Shown here piece after piece: positions 27,943 through 36,972 of a stretch of DNA of 46,494 nt. Location: positions 1 to 46,494 of the forward strand of contig JBDGTS010000030.1 in assembly GCA_042216675.1 (NCBI GenBank), read 5' to 3'. The stretch's first letter is position 1; each line of letters starts with the position of its first letter. The stretch comes from Halobacteriaceae archaeon (GTDB taxonomy: Archaea; Halobacteriota; Halobacteria; Halobacteriales; Halobacteriaceae). Made by a program: the position numbers and the translations under genes. The notes under the pieces are model-generated. The model did no database searches and was not told the DNA's origin. It was given only the letters and a program-made list of their open reading frames with translations.

Positions 27943-28214
27943 CGTTATCCTACAAGTCCGACCCACCCCGATAAACTCTCGCTTGACGGAATTGGCTTCT
28001 GACGCGACGTGGTTACAGCCACGAGGTGCCTCACGCTGGGCGATTCGCCACATCGTTTCGGATGGGATAAGATGGGAATTTTCTCCGCTAACGCATGATT
28101 CTGACACCGTGTTCCGCCGAGGCCCCGTCGGAGACGACGCACGCCGCCCCGACGTGGCCGGCCCGATGGACCGCTTCCCAAACGTTCACACTCCGGCGCC
28201 TCCCAGTTCCGGTA

Positions 28215-29144
28215 ATGACAGCCACCGACGTGTCGCGGACGCGGGCGTGGCTCATGGCCGCGCGGCCACAGACCATGCCCGCCGCGGCGGCGCCTGTCGT
28301 CGTCGGGACGGCTCTCGCCGTCGCCGAGGGCGTCTTCGCGCCGCTTCCGGCCGCGGCGGCGCTGTTGGGCGCGGCGCTGATTCAGATCGGCACCAACTTC
28401 GCGAACGACTACTTCGACGCGGTGAAAGGCGCCGACACGGAGGAGCGCGAGGGCTTCACCCGCGTCACCCAGTCCGGGCTCATCGCCCCGGAAAGCGTGT
28501 GGCGGGCGACGCTCGCCACCTTCGCGCTCGCGATTCTCGTCGGCTGCTACCTCGTCTACGTCGGTGGCGTGCCCATCCTCGTCGTCGGCCTCGCCAGCGT
28601 CGCCAGCGGCCTCGCGTACACCGGTGGCCCCTACCCCTTCGGCTACTACGGCCTCGGCGACCTGTTCGTCTTCGTCTTCTTCGGTCTCGTCGCCGTCGCG
28701 GGCACGTTCTACGTGCAGGCCGCGGCGCTCGCGCCGGGCGCGCTCTCCCTCTGGGTGCCCGCCGGAACGCTCCCGCCCGTCGCCGTCGTCGCCGGCGTGC
28801 CGGTCGGTGCGCTCGCGACGGCAATTCTCGTCGTCAACAACATCCGCGACGTGAAGACCGACGCCGAGGCCGGCAAGCGGACGCTCGCGGTCCGCATCGG
28901 CGTTCGGTGGAGCCGCGTCGAGTACGTGACGCTCCTCGCCGTCGCCTACGCCGTCCCGGTGGCGCTGTGGGCCGCGGGCCGCGACGCGACGGTTCTGTTG
29001 CCCCTGCTCTCGCTCCCGTACGCGGCGCTCGTCGCGCGCACAGTGACCACGGAACGCGGCGCGGTGCTGAACGACGCCCTCGAAGGCACCGGGCGCCTGC
29101 TCGCCGTCTTCGCGGCGCTGTTCGCCGCGGGGTTCGTCGCATGA
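28215..29144 (+). CDS. menA: 1,4-dihydroxy-2-naphthoate polyprenyltransferase
   Basis: ARPQT, QIGTNFANDYFD..KG.D, YTGGPYP, NNIRD..TD..AGKRTLAV. ATG at 28215. Confidence 0.93.
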   Translation: MTATDVSRTRAWLMAARPQTMPAAAAPVVVGTALAVAEGVFAPLPAAAALLGAALIQIGTNFANDYFDAVKGADTEEREGFTRVTQSGLIAPESVWRATLATFALAILVGCYLVYVGGVPILVVGLASVASGLAYTGGPYPFGYYGLGDLFVFVFFGLVAVAGTFYVQAAALAPGALSLWVPAGTLPPVAVVAGVPVGALATAILVVNNIRDVKTDAEAGKRTLAVRIGVRWSRVEYVTLLAVAYAVPVALWAAGRDATVLLPLLSLPYAALVARTVTTERGAVLNDALEGTGRLLAVFAALFAAGFVA

Positions 29145-30172
29145 GGACCGTCGTCGAGCCGTTCGCGGTGGCGCTCGACGCGCCGTTGACGACGGCTCGC
29201 GGCGAGATTGCCGAGCGACGGGGCTTCCTGCTCCGCCTCGGCGACGACCCGACGGGCCTCGGCGAGGCGACGCCCCTGACGGGGTGGACCGAGGGGTACG
29301 ACGCCTGCCGCGAAGCTCTCGACGCCGCCACCGCCGCACTCCACGCCGACGACGTGACCGAAGCGCTTGACGCCGTCGCCGACGCGCCCGCCGCGAGATA
29401 CGCCGTTTCGCTCGCCGTCGCTGACAGGGCGGCGCGCCGCGAGGGCGTTCCACTCGCCGAGTCGCTCGCCGACGACGCGCGGGACGCCGTGCCCGTGAAC
29501 GAAACCGTCGGCGACGCCGACCCCGAGACGACGGCCGACCGCGCCGCGGCCGCCGTCGAGTCGGGCGTCTCCTGCGTAAAACTCAAAGTCGGTGCCCGGT
29601 CGCTGGAGGGCGACGTGGCGCGCGTCCGGGCCGTCCGGGAGGCCGTCGGCCCGGCGGTGACCATCCGCGCCGACGCCAACGGCGCGTGGGACCGCGAGAC
29701 GGCCCGCGCGGCGTTCGACGCGTTCGCGGACCTCGACGTGGCCTCCGTCGAACAGCCACTCCCGGCGGCGGCCCTCGCCGGGCACGCAGCGCTCCGCGGC
29801 GGACCGGTCGACGTCGCTCTCGACGAGTCGCTGACCGAAGTCTCCGTCGCGGACGCCCTCGATGCGGCCGACGTCCTCGTCTTGAAGCCGATGGTCCTCG
29901 GCGGTCTCGATAAGGTCCGGGCGGCCGCGACGGCGGCCCGCGCGGCCGGGGCCACCTCCGTCGTGACGACGACGGTCGATGCGCTCGTCGCGCGCCTCGG
30001 GGCCGTCCACGTCGCCGCCAGTCTCGGCGACGTGCCGCCCTGTGGCCTCGCGACGGCCGACCTGCTCGCGGCGGACCTCGGCCCGGACCCCGCACCCGTG
30101 ACAGAGGGCCGGATTCGGGTCCCGGCGGCGCCGGGCCTCGGCGTCGAGTCGTCGGAGGTGCGTCCACCGTGA
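29141..30172 (+). CDS. menC: o-Succinylbenzoate synthase (enolase superfamily)
   Basis: GLGEATPL, KLKVG, RADANG.W, EQP, LDES, LKPMVLGG. ATGA overlap with menA. Confidence 0.88.
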   Translation: MRTVVEPFAVALDAPLTTARGEIAERRGFLLRLGDDPTGLGEATPLTGWTEGYDACREALDAATAALHADDVTEALDAVADAPAARYAVSLAVADRAARREGVPLAESLADDARDAVPVNETVGDADPETTADRAAAAVESGVSCVKLKVGARSLEGDVARVRAVREAVGPAVTIRADANGAWDRETARAAFDAFADLDVASVEQPLPAAALAGHAALRGGPVDVALDESLTEVSVADALDAADVLVLKPMVLGGLDKVRAAATAARAAGATSVVTTTVDALVARLGAVHVAASLGDVPPCGLATADLLAADLGPDPAPVTEGRIRVPAAPGLGVESSEVRPP

Positions 30173-31623
30173 CGGCGTTTCCGGACCTGCTCACCGCCCG
30201 CCTCGCCGCCTCTCCGGACGCCCCGCTCCTCGAATACGAGGGCGCGGAGTGGACGGCGGCGGAACTCGACGCCGAAGTCGACGCCGTCGCGGGCCACCTC
30301 GCCGCGCGTGACGTCGGTCCGGGGGACCGCGTCGCAGTGCTGATGGAGACGCGGCCGGCCTTCGTCCGCCTCGTCTTCGCCCTCCACCGCCTCGGGGCCG
30401 TGCTGGTGCCGCTGAACGCGCGCCTCGCCCCCGCCGAACTCGCCGCCCAGTGCGAGACGGTGGCTCCGTCGCTCGTCGTCTGCGAAGCGGAGACGGCCGA
30501 CGCGGCCCGCGAGGCGACCGAGGCGCCCCTCGTCTCCGTCGACGGTCGGGACGCGACCGCCCTCGACGCCGACGGGGCCGACTTCGACCCGGCGACGTGG
30601 ACGCTCGACGAGGACGCGGCGCTCATGTTCACCTCCGGGACGACGGGGACGCCGAAGGCGGTGCGCCTGACGGTCGGCAACGTCCTCGCTAGCGCCGTCG
30701 CCTCCGCGGTGCGCCTCGGCGTCGACCCGGACGACCGGTGGCTCTGCCCGCTCTCGCTGTACCACATGGGTGGACTCGCCGTCGTCCTGCGCTCCGCTCT
30801 CTACGGCACGACGGCGGTCATCCAGCGCGGCTTCGACGCCGGACGGGCGCGGCGGGCCCTCGATGGCTGTACCGGCGTCTCGCTCGTCCCCACGATGTGC
30901 CGCCGGATGCTCGACGACGGGCCGTTCCCCGACTCGCTCCGCTTCGTTCTCGTCGGCGGGGCGCCCGCGCCCGCGGCACTCATCGAGCGCTGCGCCGACC
31001 GCGGGGTGCCGGTCTGTCCCACCTACGGCATGACCGAGACGGCGTCTCAGGTCGCCACGGCACGCCCCGCGGAGGCGTACGCCGACCCGGACACCGTCGG
31101 CCGGCCGATGCTCGGGACGCAGGTGACCGTCGTGGACGAGGGAGGAGACCCGGTGCCGGCGGGAGAGACGGGCGAACTCGTCGTCGACGGGGCGACGGTC
31201 ACCCCGGGATACGTCGGCGCCGAGGCGCCTTTCTGCGCGTCCGGCCTCCGGACCGGCGACGTGGGTCGGCGCGACGACGCCGGCCGTCTCCACGTCCTCA
31301 ATCGCCGCTCGGACCGCATCGTGACCGGCGGCGAGAACGTCGACCCGGGCGGCGTCGCGGCGACCCTCCGCGAGCATCCCGACGTGCGCGACGCGGCCGT
31401 CGTCGGCCTGCCGGACCCAGAGTGGGGCGAACGGGTCGCGGCGCTCGTCGTCCCGCGCGATTCGGCCCTCGACGCGGCGGCGCTCCGGGCGTTCTGCGCG
31501 GACCGCCTCGCGGACTTCGAGGTGCCGAAAACAGTCGCGTTCGCCGACTCGCTCCCCCGGACTGCGTCGGGGACGGTGGACCGGGGGGCGGTCCGCGAGC
31601 GTCTCCGCGAGGCGGACGATTAA
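30169..31623 (+). CDS. menE: o-Succinylbenzoate--CoA ligase
   Basis: FTSGTTGTPK, LYHMGG, TYGMTET, TGD, I.TGGENV.P, EWGE.V. GTGA overlap with menC. Confidence 0.88.
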   Translation: MTAFPDLLTARLAASPDAPLLEYEGAEWTAAELDAEVDAVAGHLAARDVGPGDRVAVLMETRPAFVRLVFALHRLGAVLVPLNARLAPAELAAQCETVAPSLVVCEAETADAAREATEAPLVSVDGRDATALDADGADFDPATWTLDEDAALMFTSGTTGTPKAVRLTVGNVLASAVASAVRLGVDPDDRWLCPLSLYHMGGLAVVLRSALYGTTAVIQRGFDAGRARRALDGCTGVSLVPTMCRRMLDDGPFPDSLRFVLVGGAPAPAALIERCADRGVPVCPTYGMTETASQVATARPAEAYADPDTVGRPMLGTQVTVVDEGGDPVPAGETGELVVDGATVTPGYVGAEAPFCASGLRTGDVGRRDDAGRLHVLNRRSDRIVTGGENVDPGGVAATLREHPDVRDAAVVGLPDPEWGERVAALVVPRDSALDAAALRAFCADRLADFEVPKTVAFADSLPRTASGTVDRGAVRERLREADD

Positions 31624-31648
31624 GCCGGGCGCGCCCCAACGGCGTCCC

Positions 31649-32386
31649 GTGTGCACGCTCATCCTCGCGTGGCAGGTGTTCCCCGAGGCGCCCGTCTGCG
31701 TCGCGGCGAACCGCGACGAGGCGGACGACCGACCCTCCTCGCCGCCGGGCGAGTACGCGACTGACCCACGCGTCGTCGCGCCGCGCGACGAGGTGGCCGG
31801 CGGAACGTGGCTCGGATACAACGACCACGGCGTGCTGGCGGCGGTGACGAACCGCTGGACCGACACCGACCTCCCGGCCGAGCGTTCACGGGGGCGCCTC
31901 GTCGCCGACGCTCTCGGCGCCGAATCGGCGGAGGACGCGGCGCGCGTCGTCGAGGACGCCGTCTCCGACGCCGACTACGCGGGCTTCAACCTCGTCCTCG
32001 CGGACGACACGGCGGCGCTCTACTGCGAGTGGGACGGCCGCCTCCGCGTGCGGAACTGGCGGCCCGGCGTCCACGTCGTCGTCAACGTCGGCGCAGACGG
32101 CGACTTCGCCATTCCGGAGCGCCGCCGCGAGTTCGGCGAACAACAGGCCGCCGACGCGCGCCGGGCGCGGACCGCGCTCCGACCGGAACCGGACGAATCG
32201 GGCGACGCGTGGCGCGACCGTGCAGCCGAGATTCTCCGCGACCACGACTACGCCTTCTGCGTCCACGGCGACGGTTACGGCACGCAGTCCTCCTCGCTCC
32301 TCTCGCTCGGTCCCGACGGCGCGGACTGGCGATACGCCGACGGGCCGCCCTGCGAGACGGCGTACGAGTCGGTGGGTCAGTTTTAA
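31649..32386 (+). CDS. NRDE/TANGO2 family protein (Ntn-hydrolase fold)
   Basis: (M)CT N-terminus, ANRDE, GGTWLG, SRG.LV, GFNLV, YGT.SSS. Confidence 0.9.
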   Translation: MCTLILAWQVFPEAPVCVAANRDEADDRPSSPPGEYATDPRVVAPRDEVAGGTWLGYNDHGVLAAVTNRWTDTDLPAERSRGRLVADALGAESAEDAARVVEDAVSDADYAGFNLVLADDTAALYCEWDGRLRVRNWRPGVHVVVNVGADGDFAIPERRREFGEQQAADARRARTALRPEPDESGDAWRDRAAEILRDHDYAFCVHGDGYGTQSSSLLSLGPDGADWRYADGPPCETAYESVGQF

Positions 32387-32411
32387 ACGGGCGCACCGTC
32401 TTCATTCGGGC

Positions 32412-32780
32412 ATGAGCAGCGCCGAAGGTCTGGATCTCTCGGTCCTCTCGGAGGACGAGCGCGCGGCCCTCGAACTCATCCGCAATCTGGGGGGGATTCA
32501 CCAGAGCGAACTGTGGAAGGAACTCGACGTCTCCTCGCGGAAGGGGAGCCGAATCGCCTCCACGCTCGCGGAGGAGGGCTTCGTCGAACGCGAGGAGTCC
32601 GTCCACGAGGGGAACAACACGTACTACATCACGCCCGTCATCGACGAGTGGGACCTCGACTTCTCGCTGCTGATGGCCGGGGACATGCTCTCGCCGTTCG
32701 TCGGCGAGGAGGAGATCGACGCCGAGAGCGACGCGTTCTCGCAGTGGATAATGACGCTGGCCTACGAGGACGGTGCCTAG
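32412..32780 (+). CDS. tfeB: Transcription factor E beta subunit (RPC34/39-like winged helix)
   Basis: GIHQSELWKELDVSSRKGSRI...REE...G.NTY and C-terminal FSLLMAGDMLSPF.G...W match my recollection of euryarchaeal TFE-beta. TTTTAAA TATA at 32381-32387. Confidence 0.72.
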   Translation: MSSAEGLDLSVLSEDERAALELIRNLGGIHQSELWKELDVSSRKGSRIASTLAEEGFVEREESVHEGNNTYYITPVIDEWDLDFSLLMAGDMLSPFVGEEEIDAESDAFSQWIMTLAYEDGA

Positions 32781-34189
32781 GCGCCGCCGAACACGTCGGT
32801 CAACTGCTCGCGCCACTCGCGGAGGTCCTCGATGTCGTCTTCGAGGTCCGCCACGTCGTCTTCGATGGCCTCGATTTCGTCCAGTTTCTCCTCGGTGCCG
32901 GTGACGCGTTCGTCCAGCGCATCGAGGTCGCCCTGCAGGCGGTCGATGTCCGAGAGCGCGTCCTGTAGGTCCTCGTCCATCGCTTCGAGGCGTTCCTCGA
33001 CGGCCGCCACGTCTTCGGTGACGCCCTCGACGTCTTCCACGTCGGCGCGCAGTTCGTCCACGTCGGCCTCGATTTCGGCGCGGGCTTCGGCGCCGCTCTC
33101 GACTTCTTCGGCGAGTTCGGACACCGTCTCGTCGACCGCCGCGAGGTCGGTCTCGACCGAGGAGAGCAGTTCCGTCGCCGTGCCCTTCTCGTCGATGAAC
33201 GCCTCCAACGCGTCGGTGTACGCCTCCAGTTCGCTCACGCGGGACTGGAGGTGGTCGAGTTCGACGTCGGTGCTTCGGGCGGCGCCGAGTTCCTCACGGA
33301 TGGCGGCGAGGTCCTCGTCGGCCACCTCGCCCGCGCGAATCTCGGCGGCCAGCGCCGACGCGACGCTCTCGGGACCGCCGGTGGCGGCGTCGGCTTCGGA
33401 CTCAGTCTCCGCCTCGGACTCGACGTCGGCTTCGTCCTCGTCCGCGCCGCCGAGGACGGGTTCGGCCGTCGACTCACTGTCGGTCGCTGTCTCGTCCTCG
33501 TCCTCGTCGAGTCCGAGCGGCGACTCCGAGGCGGCCGCCTCGTGTTCGGCGAGGTTCAGCGGGTCGTCGCTCGTCGGTTCGGGCTCCGGTTCCGGTTCCG
33601 GCTCATCGTCGAGGGACGGCGGTTCCTCGGCCTCCTGTTCCTCGACGTGCGTGGCCTCCTCGGCGCCGGCGTCCGGCGCGATGATGGACTCTTCCTCGGG
33701 TTCTTGGTCGTCCATCCCCGGCACCGCGTCGGCCTCGCCACTCGCAACGTCGCGGACCACTTCGGTCCGCTCACGGGGGGCGATGTCTGACATCGTCGTC
33801 TCCTCGACGGGTTCGCTCTCCTCCGCGGAGGTGTCGAGTTCGCCCACTGGTTCGGCTTCGACCCGGGGCTCCCCGAGGAACTTCTCGCCCTCGGCGGGGT
33901 CGTCGACGCGGACGCCGTACACCGTTCGGATCGACTCGCCGGCGTCGAGACGACGCTCGTACTCCACGCGGTGGTCGGGATAGGCGGCCCAGTGCTCGCT
34001 CCCGTAGTCCGGGTGGAAGCCGACGTGGTCCATCTCGAACTCCGCGGGGACGTCGTCGACGACCCGGACGGTCACCGCCTCGTCCCGGTCGGAGACGATG
34101 TCGAAGGTGACCGTCGGAACCGGAAACTCGTCCGTCTCGAAGGACTTCGTGACGGAGACGCCGTCCGCGGACACTTCGACGTCTGTCAT
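32777..34189 (-). CDS. Acidic protein: beta-sandwich N-domain, disordered linker, long C-terminal coiled coil
   Basis: 470-aa ORF with heptad-rich C-terminus (LEDDIEDLREWREQL). SD GAGGTG before the ATG at 34189. Confidence 0.8.
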   Translation of the reverse strand: MTDVEVSADGVSVTKSFETDEFPVPTVTFDIVSDRDEAVTVRVVDDVPAEFEMDHVGFHPDYGSEHWAAYPDHRVEYERRLDAGESIRTVYGVRVDDPAEGEKFLGEPRVEAEPVGELDTSAEESEPVEETTMSDIAPRERTEVVRDVASGEADAVPGMDDQEPEEESIIAPDAGAEEATHVEEQEAEEPPSLDDEPEPEPEPEPTSDDPLNLAEHEAAASESPLGLDEDEDETATDSESTAEPVLGGADEDEADVESEAETESEADAATGGPESVASALAAEIRAGEVADEDLAAIREELGAARSTDVELDHLQSRVSELEAYTDALEAFIDEKGTATELLSSVETDLAAVDETVSELAEEVESGAEARAEIEADVDELRADVEDVEGVTEDVAAVEERLEAMDEDLQDALSDIDRLQGDLDALDERVTGTEEKLDEIEAIEDDVADLEDDIEDLREWREQLTDVFGGA

Positions 34190-34283
34190 CGGTCCCACCT
34201 CGTGCTGGCGACTCGCGCACCGGGTGCTCTCTGCATATCCTTGCCTTTCGATGACGGACTAATAAAACAACCGGCGGGACGGT

Positions 34284-34679
34284 TCAGTCCTGACAGCAAC
34301 CGCCCGCTTCGCCGCCGAAGTCGACGGCCAGCGGCTCCGAAATCGCCTCGTTCAGCGTCTCCAGTCGGTCCTGCAGGCGCTCCTGTGCGTCGAGGTACGC
34401 AGCCATCTTCGGGCGACTGTGCAGGTCCTCCTGCGCTCGCTGGACCTTCTGCAGGTCCTCCTCGGTGGCTTCGCCGGCCTGCCGGGCCATCGCGAACTCC
34501 TGTCGGAGCTGTTCGAACTCCGAAATCTCCTCTTGGAGGTCCTCGGACTCGGAGACGGTGGCCCGCGCCTCCGCGAACTCCTGATACACGGGCAGGTCGG
34601 TGATTGCCTCGCCGAGTTCGCGGGCGAGGGCGTCGACGTCGGCGGCGGCCTCATCGGCCGACTGCTGTTCGAGGCTCAT
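34284..34679 (-). CDS. YlbF/YmcA (RicF-like) family protein with C-terminal Cys-Cys
   Basis: A.ELGEAI..LP.Y..F..A..., YL.AQ..L...L..LN..IS.PL..DFG, ending GGCCQD. Confidence 0.82.
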   Translation of the reverse strand: MSLEQQSADEAAADVDALARELGEAITDLPVYQEFAEARATVSESEDLQEEISEFEQLRQEFAMARQAGEATEEDLQKVQRAQEDLHSRPKMAAYLDAQERLQDRLETLNEAISEPLAVDFGGEAGGCCQD

Positions 34680-34769
34680 GTGCCGGGGTTGGGAGTGCGC
34701 GGGTAAATGCGTGCCGGATACAGCGCCCAAGCGCCGGGGTTAAACCTCCCGGCCCGATATGAATACGCC

Positions 34770-35816
34770 ATGAGCCAGAACCGTACCGAAGGGGACCTCA
34801 CGGAGACAGGGATGCGGTTGAAGCACGACCGCGAGTGGGACTACGAACTCGACCGCATCGAGGAGGCCGTCGTCGAACGCGACGCCGACACGGTCGGTCT
34901 CCAGTTCCCGGAGGGACTGAAGCGGCGCGGCCCCCGCGTCGCCGACGACCTGCGCGCGATTCTCCCCGAGGACGTGAACGTCCTCCTCTCGGGCCAGCCC
35001 TGCTACGGCGCCTGTGACCTCGACACCGAGATGATGCGGCGCTGTGACGTGTTCGTTCACTTCGGCCACTCGCCGATGAAGGAATCGGAGAAAATCATCT
35101 ACGTGCCGCTGTTCTCCAACGTCGATGTGACGCCCATCATCGAGGAGTCCCTCGACGACCTCGCCGACCCCGAGGACGACCCCGACGTGGGCCTCGTCAC
35201 GACGGCCCAGCACATGAACAAGTTCGACGAGATGCGCGACTTCCTCGAGGACCGCGGCTACGAGGTCCACACGCGCCGGGGCGACGAGCGACTGACCAAC
35301 GAGGGGCAGGTGCTGGGGTGCAACTACGCCAGCGCCGAGGTGGACGCCGACCAGATTCTCTACGTCGGCGGCGGGAAGTTCCACCCGATGGGTCTCGCGA
35401 TGGAGCACCAGGAGAAGAACGTCGTCATCGCGGATCCGGTGAACAACGTCGTTTCCATCGCCGACCCCGACGAGTTCCTCAAGCAGCGCTACGGCGCCGT
35501 CCACCGCGCGATGCAGGACGCCGAGGAGTGGGGCGTCATCTACTGCACGAAAATCGGACAGGGCCGCTGGGACGTGGCCGAGTCCATCGTCGAGGACAAC
35601 GAGAACGCCTACCTCATCACGATGGACGAAATCACGCCGGACCGCCTCACGAACTTCGGCCTCGACGCCTACGTCAACACCGGCTGTCCGCGCATCACCA
35701 CTGACGACGGCCCGCAGTTCGACAAGCCGATGCTCACCCCGGGCGAGTACCGCATCGCCGTCGGCGACGAACCGCTCGACTCGCTCTCCTTCGACACGTT
35801 CCACGGAACGTGGTAA
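34770..35816 (+). CDS. dph2: Diphthamide biosynthesis enzyme Dph2
   Basis: LQFPEGLK, PCYGACD, HFGHS, GQVLGCN, GGGKFH, TGCPRI (three Fe-S Cys). ATG at 34770, TTAAA TATA at about 34741. Confidence 0.93.
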   Translation: MSQNRTEGDLTETGMRLKHDREWDYELDRIEEAVVERDADTVGLQFPEGLKRRGPRVADDLRAILPEDVNVLLSGQPCYGACDLDTEMMRRCDVFVHFGHSPMKESEKIIYVPLFSNVDVTPIIEESLDDLADPEDDPDVGLVTTAQHMNKFDEMRDFLEDRGYEVHTRRGDERLTNEGQVLGCNYASAEVDADQILYVGGGKFHPMGLAMEHQEKNVVIADPVNNVVSIADPDEFLKQRYGAVHRAMQDAEEWGVIYCTKIGQGRWDVAESIVEDNENAYLITMDEITPDRLTNFGLDAYVNTGCPRITTDDGPQFDKPMLTPGEYRIAVGDEPLDSLSFDTFHGTW

Positions 35817-35826
35817 CACGGGAACC

Positions 35827-36318
35827 ATGGCGCCCGCCGTCACCGACCTGATTCCGCGCGTCCTCTACGACTTCGAGGCGCTCGGAACCGCGGCCGTTCT
35901 CGTCGCTTTGCTGACGCTGACTGTCGGGCGCTCGCTGGCCGGGGCACTCCCGGAGCGGACGGCCCGGGTGACGGCCCGAGTGCAGGTGTCGCCGGGATGG
36001 TCGTTTCTGTACGGCACCGTCGTCGTCGTGGCCACCTCTGCCTTTTCCGTCCTCCTCTTTTTCACCTTCATCGGCTTCCCCGCGGCGATAGCGCTCGCCG
36101 TCGCTCTCGTCCTCGCAATCGCCGTGGGCGCTGCGGTGGCCTACGTCGCGTTCGCACAGGCTCTCACGCCCACGGCTGTCGGTCGACGCGTAGCGCTCTT
36201 GCTCGGGGCCGTTCTCGCGGGCACCGTGACACTCGTCCCCGTCGTCGGCGGTCTGACGACGCTCGCGTTCGGCGTCGCCGGCTTCGGCGCGATGTTCGCG
36301 GCGCTGTACGACCGCTGA
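35827..36318 (+). CDS. Hypothetical 4-5 TM protein resembling the C-terminal membrane domain of archaeal bactofilins
   Basis: P.R...V...V..SP..S..G, TFIGFP, VPVVGGL......GFGA pattern. Confidence 0.6.
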   Translation: MAPAVTDLIPRVLYDFEALGTAAVLVALLTLTVGRSLAGALPERTARVTARVQVSPGWSFLYGTVVVVATSAFSVLLFFTFIGFPAAIALAVALVLAIAVGAAVAYVAFAQALTPTAVGRRVALLLGAVLAGTVTLVPVVGGLTTLAFGVAGFGAMFAALYDR

Positions 36319-36354
36319 CGGTGCCCTCTTGTCGGTGCGGGGCGAAGCCGGGGC

Positions 36355-36972
36355 ATGGACCGCGGAGCGCTGGAGCGCCGCCTCGATTCGGCCGCCGGCT
36401 TCGCCGACCCGCAGGTGTCGCTCGAACAGTACCCGACGCCGGCGGACGTGGCCGCGCACCTCCTCCACTTCGCAGCGATGCAGGGGGACCTCGCCGGCCG
36501 CACCGTCGTCGACTTGGGCGCCGGGACGGGCGTGTTGGCCCTCGGCGCCGCGTGTCTCGGCCCCGCACGCGTGATCGCCCTCGAACGCGACGCCGACGCA
36601 CTCGCCACGGCGCGCGAGAACGAACCGCGAATCGCCCCCGACGCGCCGGTGACGTGGGTCCGCGGCGACGCCGTCCGACCTCCGTTCGACACTGACGACG
36701 CGACGGTAGTGATGAACCCGCCCTTCGGCGCGCAGACGGGACGGGAGGGTGCCGACCGCGCGTTTCTCGCTTCGGCGGGGGACATCGCGGCGGTCTCGCA
36801 CTCGATTCACAACGCCGGGAGCCGGGACTTCGTGGAGTCGTTCGCGGCCGACAACGGCGGGACGGTCACCCACGCCTTCCGGGTCCGCCTCGCTCTCGAC
36901 AGGCAGTTCGCGTTCCACGAGGCCGACCGGCGGGAGGTGCCGGCGCTCGCCGTCCGCATCGAGTGGGGCTAA
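36355..36972 (+). CDS. METTL5 family (COG2263) N6-adenine RNA methyltransferase
   Basis: LEQYPTP..VAA, DLGAGTG, VVMNPPFG, AD..FL, SIHN. Confidence 0.88.
   Translation: MDRGALERRLDSAAGFADPQVSLEQYPTPADVAAHLLHFAAMQGDLAGRTVVDLGAGTGVLALGAACLGPARVIALERDADALATARENEPRIAPDAPVTWVRGDAVRPPFDTDDATVVMNPPFGAQTGREGADRAFLASAGDIAAVSHSIHNAGSRDFVESFAADNGGTVTHAFRVRLALDRQFAFHEADRREVPALAVRIEWG

Noticed and set aside
27872-29140. Apparent 420-aa N-terminal extension of MenC (766-aa ORF)
   Set aside because: It is an alternate frame over menA, Arg-rich and without motifs. The real start is the ATGA overlap at 29141.
28834-31866. 1010-aa minus-strand ORF
   Set aside because: Antisense shadow of menA, menC and menE; low-complexity Ser/Ala/Arg composition.
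16519-36972. trm112, METTL5, trm5, dph2 and dph5 as a single modification island
   Set aside because: Functionally related, but spread over 35 kb in separate transcription units; typical core-genome scatter.
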